64,000 bases of DNA from an uncultured cyanobacterium (GTDB lineage Bacteria > Cyanobacteriota > Cyanobacteriia > PCC-9006 > JAAUQQ01): NCBI GenBank assembly GCA_963718615.1, contig OY970368.1, positions 1 through 64,000 of the forward strand, written 5' to 3'. The position numbers were made by a program, and so were the translations under genes. This document shows positions 36,601-45,082 of the stretch, in pieces (positions within the stretch are counted from its first letter, which is position 1; every line of letters starts with the position of its first letter). The notes under the pieces were generated by a model that saw nothing but the letters and a program-made list of their open reading frames with translations, was not told the DNA's origin and searched no databases.

Positions 36601-36876
36601 GAAAAAAAGTATAATGTCGAAGACTCTTTTGTCAAGTACTTGCATCAGAACAACATTTCATCTATACCTAGAAGTCTATGTAAAATTATGTCTATTGAAT
36701 CTTATCAATTAGTGATTCAGCATTTAAAAATATATCTATCTGAAGAATCGTACAAGGACGATTTTGACCGATTTAAATCTGCTTATGAGGTAGTTTGGCA
36801 CTGCGCTCAAAGTATGAGCTATACCGACTTTTATAGCGCATGGCATAGTGTTTATTCAGGGATGGAGCAAAAGTAG
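33607..36876 (+). CDS. NACHT NTPase with EAD10-like N-terminus and HEAT-like C-terminal repeats
   Basis: GEPGAGKTT, LLLDGVDE, LTCR, NPLRL and FFHPTFQEYFAA; repeated AA..LG.I helices. Confidence 0.92.
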   Translation: MATPDELLLLVDRILSMVGDEGIELERLQRMEGGQGVIQYVVQIGKYNTNVGQGEGIEIGDRLDRSILEEIRDLLRSQLAPPPTEIDWQQVSRSLLNQQIQRLTTNPLTHAEGIAYRTEQVYVPLGLVERKQVSRRREDVSPEQGSLLYEETEIIQKFEQGTFLEQVLRQGQSPRSGGRRIAVIGEPGAGKTTLLQQMARWVAENIEGAMAIWVSLADLQGRSLEDYLLEQWLPAAVQQQGRAEASTQVKDALVAQFRAGRVWLLLDGVDEMPVAAGNPLSEMERQVRLGGLLAQARIVLTCRLNLWDGDRHALDTFDVYRTLEFAYPGQVEQFVEQWFGALPEAQVGQAEKLCEALRQPGKERLLDLVKNPLRLTLLCFNWYLGEGTLPETKAGLYEQFVADFYEWKRERFPTTAAQRRRLNAALGELAREAIDKEETRFRLRHDFVCEFLGEPDEPDSLFQIALRLGWLNQIGVDEENRRKAVYAFFHPTFQEYFAALAIRNWDFFLPYEHNNVSPKPIEGKDYRIFDTNWQETILMWSGKSQEYDNRRAFIKALIDFQGGCSNFYSYRAYFLAAIVASQIGEQELSKETIINLIDLSFFTRFEPTADADKYWLHCPVQEQAKEILQFTKRSIAIDELIQAIDITSNLYKQNDLAELMGKISLKHPRAIEFLTQLMNRSEHKFSTVDIAKSLWLVDPGNLNAVNKFIDLLSPEEENMVSSRAAQVVASNNIQSPGIISALINLAKKDGNDFTLSSQEVLRGLEKFGIRNRSIIDTVINLIDIAKIDKSHENQRALIRTLGEIGLEDLKALSYLINLLDKVDDEPSRWLIADSIGRIGNKSPKTISILTNLTSECEHEWTRQQAAESLLKIVPDHPDALNLLVDLLYVTKNWRTQHRIIRSLEKVGCGKRLAIENLIRFVDQQFDQRSCNEHCLYICEQAAEVLGKIDPGNEKATHILIELLNNEDNKPGTNRNIIWKLGDIGKGNIKAVEALTHFFEKKYNVEDSFVKYLHQNNISSIPRSLCKIMSIESYQLVIQHLKIYLSEESYKDDFDRFKSAYEVVWHCAQSMSYTDFYSAWHSVYSGMEQK

Positions 36877-36924
36877 ACTTAGGATAAAATCTTGTTGAAA
36901 AATTTGACGCGTAAAGACATTACT

Positions 36925-39237
36925 CTACTCAACTTTTTTATGGTTGCGTTTTTCGATTTCAGAGATCGGCAACAACAATGTCTCTTCAATTTCCTTTTTT
37001 ATATTGTCACTCAATTCAAAATCTTCATTTAGGCAGTCAATCAAAAAAACATTAGCATTCCAATATAGCTTAATTCTTGCCTTGTTGGAATCCGTAAAGT
37101 TCCAATCATGAGCAATATCACAGTATGAAACTATTATCTTTCTAAATTTTTCGATAAAATCCGGCTGATTTTTATTCCACCAGTCATCATCAAATGATCT
37201 ACCATCAAAAACACTAGAAGGAACTTGATATAGCAACTCTTTTAAAGCCTGCTTGAGATTTAAACTATAGTTTAAACTTAACCCAAATCCAAGGAAGATA
37301 TTTGAGCTTTGTTGCGTCGCTTTAACTATATCGAGATTTAGGCCAAAAGCCTTATCTAATGAATTATTGACATCAATAGACTGATCCATTTGGAGAATTT
37401 TATTAATACTGCTAACAAGACTGCCATTGAATCCGTGAGGCGTCTCAATGTATGATTCAAAATCAACAGCTAAACGCAAATAAAATGCTCTTGCCATCGT
37501 TTTTCTAATGGGATTATTGAATTGACTAGATTTATTGTTTACCCACGTTAAAAACTGTTGATAAATATTTTCAGTACGCAAAATAGAATCGATTTCTTGC
37601 TTCATAGAATTTAGCAAAGTATTAACAGCTTGAGGGGTCATGGAACATCCTAGCAAGAAGATTTGCTTCCAATGAATATCTACAATATGCTTGGCTAAAT
37701 TCTTCCAATCCGCTCGAGCGCAAAACCACTTTGCTACCAAATACTCCTGAAAAGTCAGGTGAGAAAACGACCAAAGTCCCTTCGCCCTCTCAATAAGCAA
37801 TCCATGTTGCTGCGAGATCGCCCTCAACACCCCCCGACTCTCCCGCACCTCAATCCCCAAAAACTCCGCAATATACCCCTCAATCTCCGCCTGCTCAAAC
37901 AACACATACTGCGCTTGCTCAAACTTCTTCACCGCCAGATAGCCCAATAGCTCCAACTTCCGCTCCACCGACAAATCGCGATAAATCTCATCCCGCTCAA
38001 TCTCCCGCGCCCTGTCCCACTGCTCCAGCAATAGCTCCAACCCCTCCTCATAGAGCTTAGAACGCTTCGAGTAAAACTTCCCCGTCTGCTGAAACACCGC
38101 ACAGGTCAAACTCAACAAAATCGGGGTAATCGCCAATTCCCGAATCGGCTTGTTCTCCTCCCGAAAAAGCTGATCCAGAAATGCCTTTCCCTTTGCCTGT
38201 CCTACGGTGAGATCCCCGCAAACCGTCTGAAACCAATGCTCCGAAAATGCCCTCACCTGCGGATCATTAAAATCCGCCACCTCCACAGCATCAAACCGCT
38301 CAAACCGCGACTCCTGGCTCTGCGTCCGGCAGGTCACAATCACCTGCACCTGAGGATAGTCCCGCGCAAACCGCTTGATTTGCTTAACGATCGCCTGCCC
38401 ATCCGCCCCCGTCACCTCATCCAACCCATCCAGCAGCACCAGCGATCGCCCCGCCTCCAGCACTAACTGAACCTCTACGGCTGATAACCGCCAGCACCGC
38501 TCCAGATACCGCTCCACCACATAGTCCAGCGATCGCCCATCCTCCACAAACTCCCGCAGCCGAATCAACACCGGAATCCGGTGCGCCTGCAAATTGCCCG
38601 CATTACACTCCGTCACCACCCGCTGCAAATAGGTCGTCTTCCCCGAACCCGGCTTACCCACCACCATCAGGTTCGTATTCCTGTCCAACACCTCCAGCCC
38701 CGACACCCGCTGCCGTTCCTTACCCAACCCCATCCGATCCAAACTGCGATAGCCAGGATTCTGGCTGAAATCTTGCCACAGGTCAGCCAACTCCGATCGG
38801 CGATTGCTGCTCACCTCCTCCAAAATATTCACATCCACAAACAACTCCCCCAACGGTACCCAATGATCCACCCCCCAGAGCGGCATCGTGCCATGCAAGC
38901 GTTGAATGTCATCGTGGAGGCGCGATCGCACCTGCTCCACCAAATCATCGATCGCTGGTAATTCCGCAGTCGCCGATGGCAACGGTGGGGCCAATTGCTC
39001 CCGGATGGCTTGGGCGATCGCTCGGATCTGCTCATCGGTTAGAGTAGTGCGATCGCCAATATGCACTTGCCCCAAAGCTTTTTCGATGTTGACGACGTAC
39101 TTTCCCAGTTGAATTTGACCAGAATTATCACCAGAAGTCAGCCAGAGTTTTAGGCAAGCAATATCATTCGCTGTTAAGCTTCCTTGCTCCAGGTGCGACA
39201 GGATTAAGTCTAGATTCATCGGCTGATTTGAGGTCAT
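36925..39237 (-). CDS. NACHT NTPase with EAD10-like N-terminus and C-terminal helical domain
   Basis: GKPGSGKTT, LLDGLDE, VTCR, TPILL, FSHLTFQEY and terminal Y..AN..L.DCL...IEETLLLP. The ATG at 39237 lies 1 nt after the caspase stop. Confidence 0.92.
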   Translation of the reverse strand: MTSNQPMNLDLILSHLEQGSLTANDIACLKLWLTSGDNSGQIQLGKYVVNIEKALGQVHIGDRTTLTDEQIRAIAQAIREQLAPPLPSATAELPAIDDLVEQVRSRLHDDIQRLHGTMPLWGVDHWVPLGELFVDVNILEEVSSNRRSELADLWQDFSQNPGYRSLDRMGLGKERQRVSGLEVLDRNTNLMVVGKPGSGKTTYLQRVVTECNAGNLQAHRIPVLIRLREFVEDGRSLDYVVERYLERCWRLSAVEVQLVLEAGRSLVLLDGLDEVTGADGQAIVKQIKRFARDYPQVQVIVTCRTQSQESRFERFDAVEVADFNDPQVRAFSEHWFQTVCGDLTVGQAKGKAFLDQLFREENKPIRELAITPILLSLTCAVFQQTGKFYSKRSKLYEEGLELLLEQWDRAREIERDEIYRDLSVERKLELLGYLAVKKFEQAQYVLFEQAEIEGYIAEFLGIEVRESRGVLRAISQQHGLLIERAKGLWSFSHLTFQEYLVAKWFCARADWKNLAKHIVDIHWKQIFLLGCSMTPQAVNTLLNSMKQEIDSILRTENIYQQFLTWVNNKSSQFNNPIRKTMARAFYLRLAVDFESYIETPHGFNGSLVSSINKILQMDQSIDVNNSLDKAFGLNLDIVKATQQSSNIFLGFGLSLNYSLNLKQALKELLYQVPSSVFDGRSFDDDWWNKNQPDFIEKFRKIIVSYCDIAHDWNFTDSNKARIKLYWNANVFLIDCLNEDFELSDNIKKEIEETLLLPISEIEKRNHKKVE

Positions 39238-39238
39238 A

Positions 39239-40522
39239 TCAATTCTGCGATCGCCCCACAGAAACCATCTGAACATTGTGGATAGAGCAGTTAGGAGGCT
39301 CTTGCTCCGCCGATCGTTTCACCCAGACCATCTCGCAATCCGGATCTGGGCACACATACTTCACGGCTTGAAATGCTTGTGGCTGGGTGCTCCCAACAAT
39401 TTTATTACCCATCACTTTATCCCCACCAACTTTATCGCCCGCAACCTTATCACCAGCCACATAATCGCCCTGGGGACTATAGTTATCGCCAATATGGCCT
39501 GTAAAGTGTCCAGTACTGATGTTGTATTTGCCTCGCTGCTCAACATTCTGGCTTCCAAAGGAGTTGCCGCTACCTGTGACGATCGTTGAATCTGAGGCAT
39601 TACCGCCGATCGCTACCGATCGTTCGCCCGAAGCGAGAACCTGCGTCTGAGGCTTAGCCGCAGGAGTAGTCGTTTGCATCGCATCCCAGCCACCGGAAGG
39701 TAAACCCTTGCCCCCTTGAAGTAGCGCGATCGCAAATCGTTCCGTGTCTCGCATTTCAAAGCGTGGAGTTTGCTGCTGCTTCATTGCCGCTGCTGTGGTA
39801 GGGACAGTTTTCCCCAGGTGGTTCGCTAAGTCAAAGACGGTGACTTCTGTTGCACCGGCCTGACTTGCCGCACCTTGTAGGGCTTCAATCAAGTGGTAGG
39901 TGTAGACGCTCATGGCATTGTCCGGTCGAACCCAGGACTTCTCCTTGCCCCGGCAGGAGGTGAACACGACCCGTCCTTCTCCCTGTTGGAGTGCGTCGAG
40001 CATCCCTTTGGGGTCAGCGGTGGGGATGATGCCTTTGGGAAGTCGAGGCAATTCGGCCTTATCTTTAGCGGAGGCCATTCCCGCTGCATGGCAACAGTCG
40101 AGGATGACCAATAGGCGTTTGGCCTTGATGGCTTGCAAGGCTTGATTAAAGTCATCGGCAGGCAAAGCTGTATCCCGCCAGTCATAGGCATCAAAATCGT
40201 GAGGTACAAGGTAATAACGATCGCTGGTTTGTTCTAGCCAGCCATGCCCAGAGTAGTAGACAATGACGGTAGCTTCTGGGTCAGTGGCAACACGATCGCG
40301 CAGCCAAGTGAGATTGTTAAGAATTGCCGATTTGGTTGCCTGCTTGTCATGCAGCAGCCGGACATGTTGATCATTATCGGGATAGGCACAGAGGACGGGA
40401 CTGACTAGAATTTGACGTAGGGCCTGCATATCCTGAACGGTAACGGGGAGGGAAAGTTTGGGATCAGCGCATTGCCCTACGCCAATGAGCAGTGCATATC
40501 CATGATTAAAACGCTCAGTCAT
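39239..40522 (-). CDS. caspase-like peptidase (C14) with a multi-motif low-complexity tail and Zn ribbon
   Basis: ALLIGVG, YYSGHG (His) and LDCCHAAG (Cys); C-terminal CPDPDC...CSIH. Confidence 0.9.
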   Translation of the reverse strand: MTERFNHGYALLIGVGQCADPKLSLPVTVQDMQALRQILVSPVLCAYPDNDQHVRLLHDKQATKSAILNNLTWLRDRVATDPEATVIVYYSGHGWLEQTSDRYYLVPHDFDAYDWRDTALPADDFNQALQAIKAKRLLVILDCCHAAGMASAKDKAELPRLPKGIIPTADPKGMLDALQQGEGRVVFTSCRGKEKSWVRPDNAMSVYTYHLIEALQGAASQAGATEVTVFDLANHLGKTVPTTAAAMKQQQTPRFEMRDTERFAIALLQGGKGLPSGGWDAMQTTTPAAKPQTQVLASGERSVAIGGNASDSTIVTGSGNSFGSQNVEQRGKYNISTGHFTGHIGDNYSPQGDYVAGDKVAGDKVGGDKVMGNKIVGSTQPQAFQAVKYVCPDPDCEMVWVKRSAEQEPPNCSIHNVQMVSVGRSQN

Positions 40523-40551
40523 TGCTCTAATCCCTTGAAAAATCACATTTT

Positions 40552-41054
<503 letters not shown>

Positions 41055-41458
41055 TTTCTCCCATTGGTATCGCGATTGGTGTATTCAGTAGTCACTGATT
41101 TTGGTGCAGGTGAATTCTCTGGTTTGGCAAGTATCAACCGATCGCCCAAAGGTTCGATTTTACCAGGGACTTGAGACACGCTTGACCCGCTACGAGAAAT
41201 CCGCCCCTTTGATAATATCGCAGAAATTATGAGCACTTCCGACAGAATCATCTGTTAGACAATGCTGCCAAAACCATCCAAGTTGCTGATCTTGGATGGC
41301 TCTTACAACATCCTCCTCCAGAAGTTGTGCAACGGGCCTATCGCGATGGGCTGCCTACTGACCCCAAGATAAATTTTTAACAACTTTCCGGAAACTTTTG
41401 CTGGCCAAAGTGAATCCTATGAGAATAGGAGTTTAAATCTTCGTCCCACAGACAGACG

Positions 41459-42007
41459 GTGAGCATCGTGGTCGCACAACACAGTTCAGGTCAGCCCAAG
41501 GTGAGCAAAGCGGAGCAGGCTATTCCGCCGCAAATTGTTGCAGTTCACTGCCAACAGTCCCCCGCCCCTGGGGCTGTGCCTCATTCGCTTAAGCCTCCCA
41601 AACAAACCAAGGAACGCCTGGTCGCCAAATTTACCCAGGATATCGGCGGTGTTGCTAGCTACTGGAACCATATTCCGGCGGCGGAGCTGCGGGCGCTGGA
41701 TGACGTTTTGCAGGAACATCCCGAGGTGAAGGGGGCGATCGCCAACCTCATCCAACAACTCCAGGACGCCAAACAAACCAATACGCGGGTCAACCAGCGC
41801 AACTTTGGCCTCAATCAAACCGCCGCCAAACACGAGCGTACCGCTGACCGTCTCACCCAGGCCAATGCTCAATTAGAAAAAGAAAAGAACGAACTGATTA
41901 AACAAATTCATAACCTCGTTGCAACACTGACAAACTACGAAAACAGCGAACTGCGCCAAGCTGTCATTCGCGTGCGTAACTTCATTGCAGGGATGATCCA
42001 GCCATGA
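41459..42007 (+). CDS. hypothetical coiled-coil protein
   Basis: Heptad-rich C-terminal half; ATGA overlap with the next gene; start codon uncertain. Confidence 0.65.
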   Translation: MSIVVAQHSSGQPKVSKAEQAIPPQIVAVHCQQSPAPGAVPHSLKPPKQTKERLVAKFTQDIGGVASYWNHIPAAELRALDDVLQEHPEVKGAIANLIQQLQDAKQTNTRVNQRNFGLNQTAAKHERTADRLTQANAQLEKEKNELIKQIHNLVATLTNYENSELRQAVIRVRNFIAGMIQP

Positions 42008-42423
42008 CCCCCAACCCCATGACCCCCAACCCCATCACCCGAAAACACCTACGTGCCCTCGGAGCCAGCGACTACCTCGCCAAGCGCCTCACCCGTGACC
42101 TAGCCCCTACGGGCCGAGTCGGACGAGCCAACATCTATGCACCAGCAACTGTTTTAAGCTCGATTCAAAATTTACAACATAATCAACGGATCAAACCAAC
42201 CACTCGCCAGGTTTTAGCTCAGTTGGAAACCGCCTTGCAAAAGACCCAAATCCCAGCCGACGATCCCCTCGCGGCGGCGATGGCGAAAGTTGCAGAAGCC
42301 AATGCTAGGTTTGAGGCAACGGCGCAGCAGGCCCGCAAAGTTTCCCAGGAATTTGATACCTATCGCCGTCAGCGGGGTAAGGATTTTAAGCCGAGCAACA
42401 ATGTCGTTAGTTTTTCGATTTAG
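42004..42423 (+). CDS. hypothetical protein, possible N-terminal DNA-binding fold
   Basis: ITRKHLRALGASDYLAKRLT...GRVGRANIY; helical C-terminus. Confidence 0.7.
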   Translation: MTPNPMTPNPITRKHLRALGASDYLAKRLTRDLAPTGRVGRANIYAPATVLSSIQNLQHNQRIKPTTRQVLAQLETALQKTQIPADDPLAAAMAKVAEANARFEATAQQARKVSQEFDTYRRQRGKDFKPSNNVVSFSI

Positions 42424-42499
42424 TAACTGGATTTTAACGACTGGATTGAGGGCTGAATGCTAGACGATTTTACGAGCTTGAAGTGAGTAGCTGAAACCT

Positions 42500-42928
42500 A
42501 TGGCCTTTGAAGACCTAGAGGCGATCGCCCGAAAAATCCACGCTGCCAATCAAAGCTTTCAACAAACTGCTAAAGATGCCTATCTCTACACCAGACAGCA
42601 CCATGCGGACCCTAAGTACGAAGCCTTTCGCACTAGTGATGAGGGTCGGGTTTGGAAAGCGCAAAAGCTGAAGGAATATGGTCATCGCTGTCCCGAATGC
42701 AATGGTCTAATGAATGATAACAACGCCACGATTGACCACAAATATCCTCGGCGGTACTACCCTTGGTTGGCCTGGGAAGTTGATAATTTCTGGTTGCTTT
42801 GTCGCCGTTGCAATAGAGCCAAAAGCGATAAGGAATGGTCAGTTTATCTGGCAGAGGTGCAAGAACGGCGGGGAGCAGTGGTAGTGCAGCGGATTCTCAG
42901 CTATGCTCCTGCATTGACGGTTTCTTGA
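42500..42928 (+). CDS. HNH endonuclease
   Basis: CPEC, TIDH.YP and N..LLCRRCN..K. Confidence 0.88.
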   Translation: MAFEDLEAIARKIHAANQSFQQTAKDAYLYTRQHHADPKYEAFRTSDEGRVWKAQKLKEYGHRCPECNGLMNDNNATIDHKYPRRYYPWLAWEVDNFWLLCRRCNRAKSDKEWSVYLAEVQERRGAVVVQRILSYAPALTVS

Positions 42929-43515
42929 CGGTTTCTTGACGGTCTCTTGATGGTCTAAGGGTTTGGCGATCGCCCCACCATGATTGCTCCAAACTGAGCA
43001 TTCCAAACCTAGAATTCCAAATCTAGAATTCCAAATCTAAAGATAATTTTCTCGCAATATATACACCGTAACCGTAATAAGCTTTGTATTTTTCATACAG
43101 CGCTATTTCTCGGCGTTCCGCTTCTACAATCGCGCGGGCTTCCTCACTATGACCGTTTCGACTAAGAAAATCCTCGAAGCTGGACTGCATCGGCCCATAA
43201 TAGTTATCTAACCAGCAATATTCTGGCAGAACAAAATAACCCATAGGCGAATAGCCATTGTCCTCAAGGACCTTAATCTTTGAGGATGCCAGGTCGATTT
43301 CGGGATATTCGCTCTCCCAATGGTTTTGCAGTTCCGCAGGGCGAGCCTTAGTCGTCCAGGTAATCTCTGAGGCAATCAGGAGCCCTCCGGGCTTCAGGTA
43401 GCGTTTCCACTCTGCCACGCCCCTGGCAAAGCCAATGTTATAAATTGCGCCCTCAGACCAAATAACGTCAAACGCCTCAGTTTCAAAGGGGAGGTTGTCC
43501 ATGGAAGCGCAAAGA

Positions 43516-43661
43516 TTGACGCTCTCCCCCCAACCCTAACGGGTATGGTCGGAGATTCCTGTTTCTTCGCCTCTTAACTAGATGCAGCACTGTGACTACA
43601 CCCCCGTCAGACCGACTCCGCAGGCAGTTTGGTTTTCAGTCCACGGTGCGCCCCACCGCAG
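43516..43661 (-). ncRNA. putative TnpB omegaRNA (reRNA) scaffold
   Basis: GCGGTGGGGCGCACCGTG hairpin, GCCTGCGGAG and terminal GGAATCTCC...GGAG..GTCAA resemble tnpB 3' ends. Confidence 0.55.
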
Positions 43662-43935
43662 ACTTTGAACAAGTACAAATCGAGTTTGATATGTTCAACC
43701 CTTACGCACAAAGTTTTACCCAAGACACGATTCAGTCTTGGAACCCCATACTCTGTTATCTAGGTTCAGCTCATTGAGCGTGACGCATTACCGTGACTTC
43801 GCTCAGTACGATTGTACCGGAGAAGATTTTTTGTTGTTCGACTGGATATTCGCGATTTGCTCCCTATCGGTCGCGTGACCCTTCACCACCAACCCAGCCC
43901 GCGAGGCTATGGTTGGAGCACTGCGAAGATTTCTG
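43516..43935 (-). mobile_element. non-autonomous IS200/IS605-family element (PATE-like), no transposase or tnpB ORF
   Basis: Inserted 3' of CTAC with no TSD; left-end AGTG guide plus hairpin; right-end GAAT guide plus hairpin plus TCAA. Confidence 0.85.
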
Positions 43936-44300
43936 GTAGTAATTTTCTCCGCCACGCCCCCATGCTGCACTCTAGTTTCCAGAACATCAAGAAAGTCTTG
44001 AAGAAAGTCTACAGCCGTAATTTTGGCATTGAGCAAATTCGCTAACACTAAGGTTGAAGCTCCTGTACCGCAACCAATATCGGCAATTTTCAACGGCGCA
44101 TTGCGATCGACATCCGCAAGGGCGATCGCCTTCTCTGTGGCGTCATCGCCTCCTGGACCTTGACGATTAGCATTTTTATGGAGGTCTATAAGCAATTGGA
44201 ATTCATCCACTTGGGAGTCCTCTTTTAGGGATCGTCATCATGCCCAAAGGAATGGTTCGCTGGCAAGCCATTGAGCACACAAAGCCAATCAATGCTGCGT

Positions 44301-45008
44301 TCACGCTCCAATCGCTAGAACGAGCCGTTTTACGGCGTCTATATCCTTATTTCCTGGCGATCGCCCCTTCCCCGTCCCATCCCAACATTCCACCCCACTC
44401 GACACATCAATCCCATTCGGCGAAAGCAATGACAAGGCTTCCGCAATATTCTCCGGATTCAAGCCCCCGGCCAAAAGCCAAGGGCAAGCGGGCCGAAACT
44501 CTCGCAGCCATTGCCAATCGATCCGATGACCTGTGCCACCAAGGAGCTTGGGATCGTAGGCATCGAGTAGGAGCGTGTCGACGATCGCCCCAAATTCCCG
44601 TGCTTGGTCCAAATCCTGGGGCGATCGCACCCGAATCGCCTTAATCAGCTCCACCGCCGGCAACGCCGCCCGCACAGTCTGGCAAATCTCCAAGGACTCA
44701 TCCCCATGGAGCTGCACGCCGCTCAGCCTGCCTTCTGTAACGGTGGCCTGAATCGTTTCCAGATCCGCCTGGGCAAAGACGCCGATGCGCTGAGGCATGG
44801 GCCGTTCTGGGGATGAATCCTGGTCTGAGTCCTGGTCCAAGACTGCTACGATCTGGGCAATCCGCGACGGTTCGATGTAGCGAGGGGAGGGTTTGACACA
44901 GATAAATCCGAGGGTGGAAATGCCGAGCTGGGCGATCGCCACTGCCTGCTCCGGTAGGGTAATCCCACAGATTTTGATACGGATTTTAGTACAGGAGTCC
45001 GAAGTCAT
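44301..45008 (-). CDS. trpF: phosphoribosylanthranilate isomerase
   Basis: IKICGIT, VQLHGDE, LLLDA, GGTG, LAGGL and IDVSSGVE. Confidence 0.96.
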   Translation of the reverse strand: MTSDSCTKIRIKICGITLPEQAVAIAQLGISTLGFICVKPSPRYIEPSRIAQIVAVLDQDSDQDSSPERPMPQRIGVFAQADLETIQATVTEGRLSGVQLHGDESLEICQTVRAALPAVELIKAIRVRSPQDLDQAREFGAIVDTLLLDAYDPKLLGGTGHRIDWQWLREFRPACPWLLAGGLNPENIAEALSLLSPNGIDVSSGVECWDGTGKGRSPGNKDIDAVKRLVLAIGA

Positions 45009-45082
45009 TCGTTCCAGGGGTTCGTTATGGTGAGGGTAGACCGAATTTTGAATCGCTTTTTATCCTTTCTCCCCATTCTCCT

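Larger units (their letters stand above)
43023..44210 (-). pseudogene. class I SAM-dependent methyltransferase interrupted by a 420-bp element
   Basis: RQGPG, ADIGCGTG and DVIWSEGAIYNIGF; removing 43516-43935 restores KITT-LCASMDNLPF, giving 255 aa. Confidence 0.92.

Noticed and set aside
41274-41299. 9-bp inverted repeat CCATCCAAG-N8-CTTGGATGG in the divergent intergenic region
   Set aside because: Single occurrence with no supporting context; could be chance.
43516-43935. IStron (group I intron-IS hybrid) that would splice out of the methyltransferase mRNA
   Set aside because: The element ends in A (TCAA) rather than the omega-G, the upstream exon ends in C rather than U, and no group I core was recognised. 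RT-PCR would settle it.
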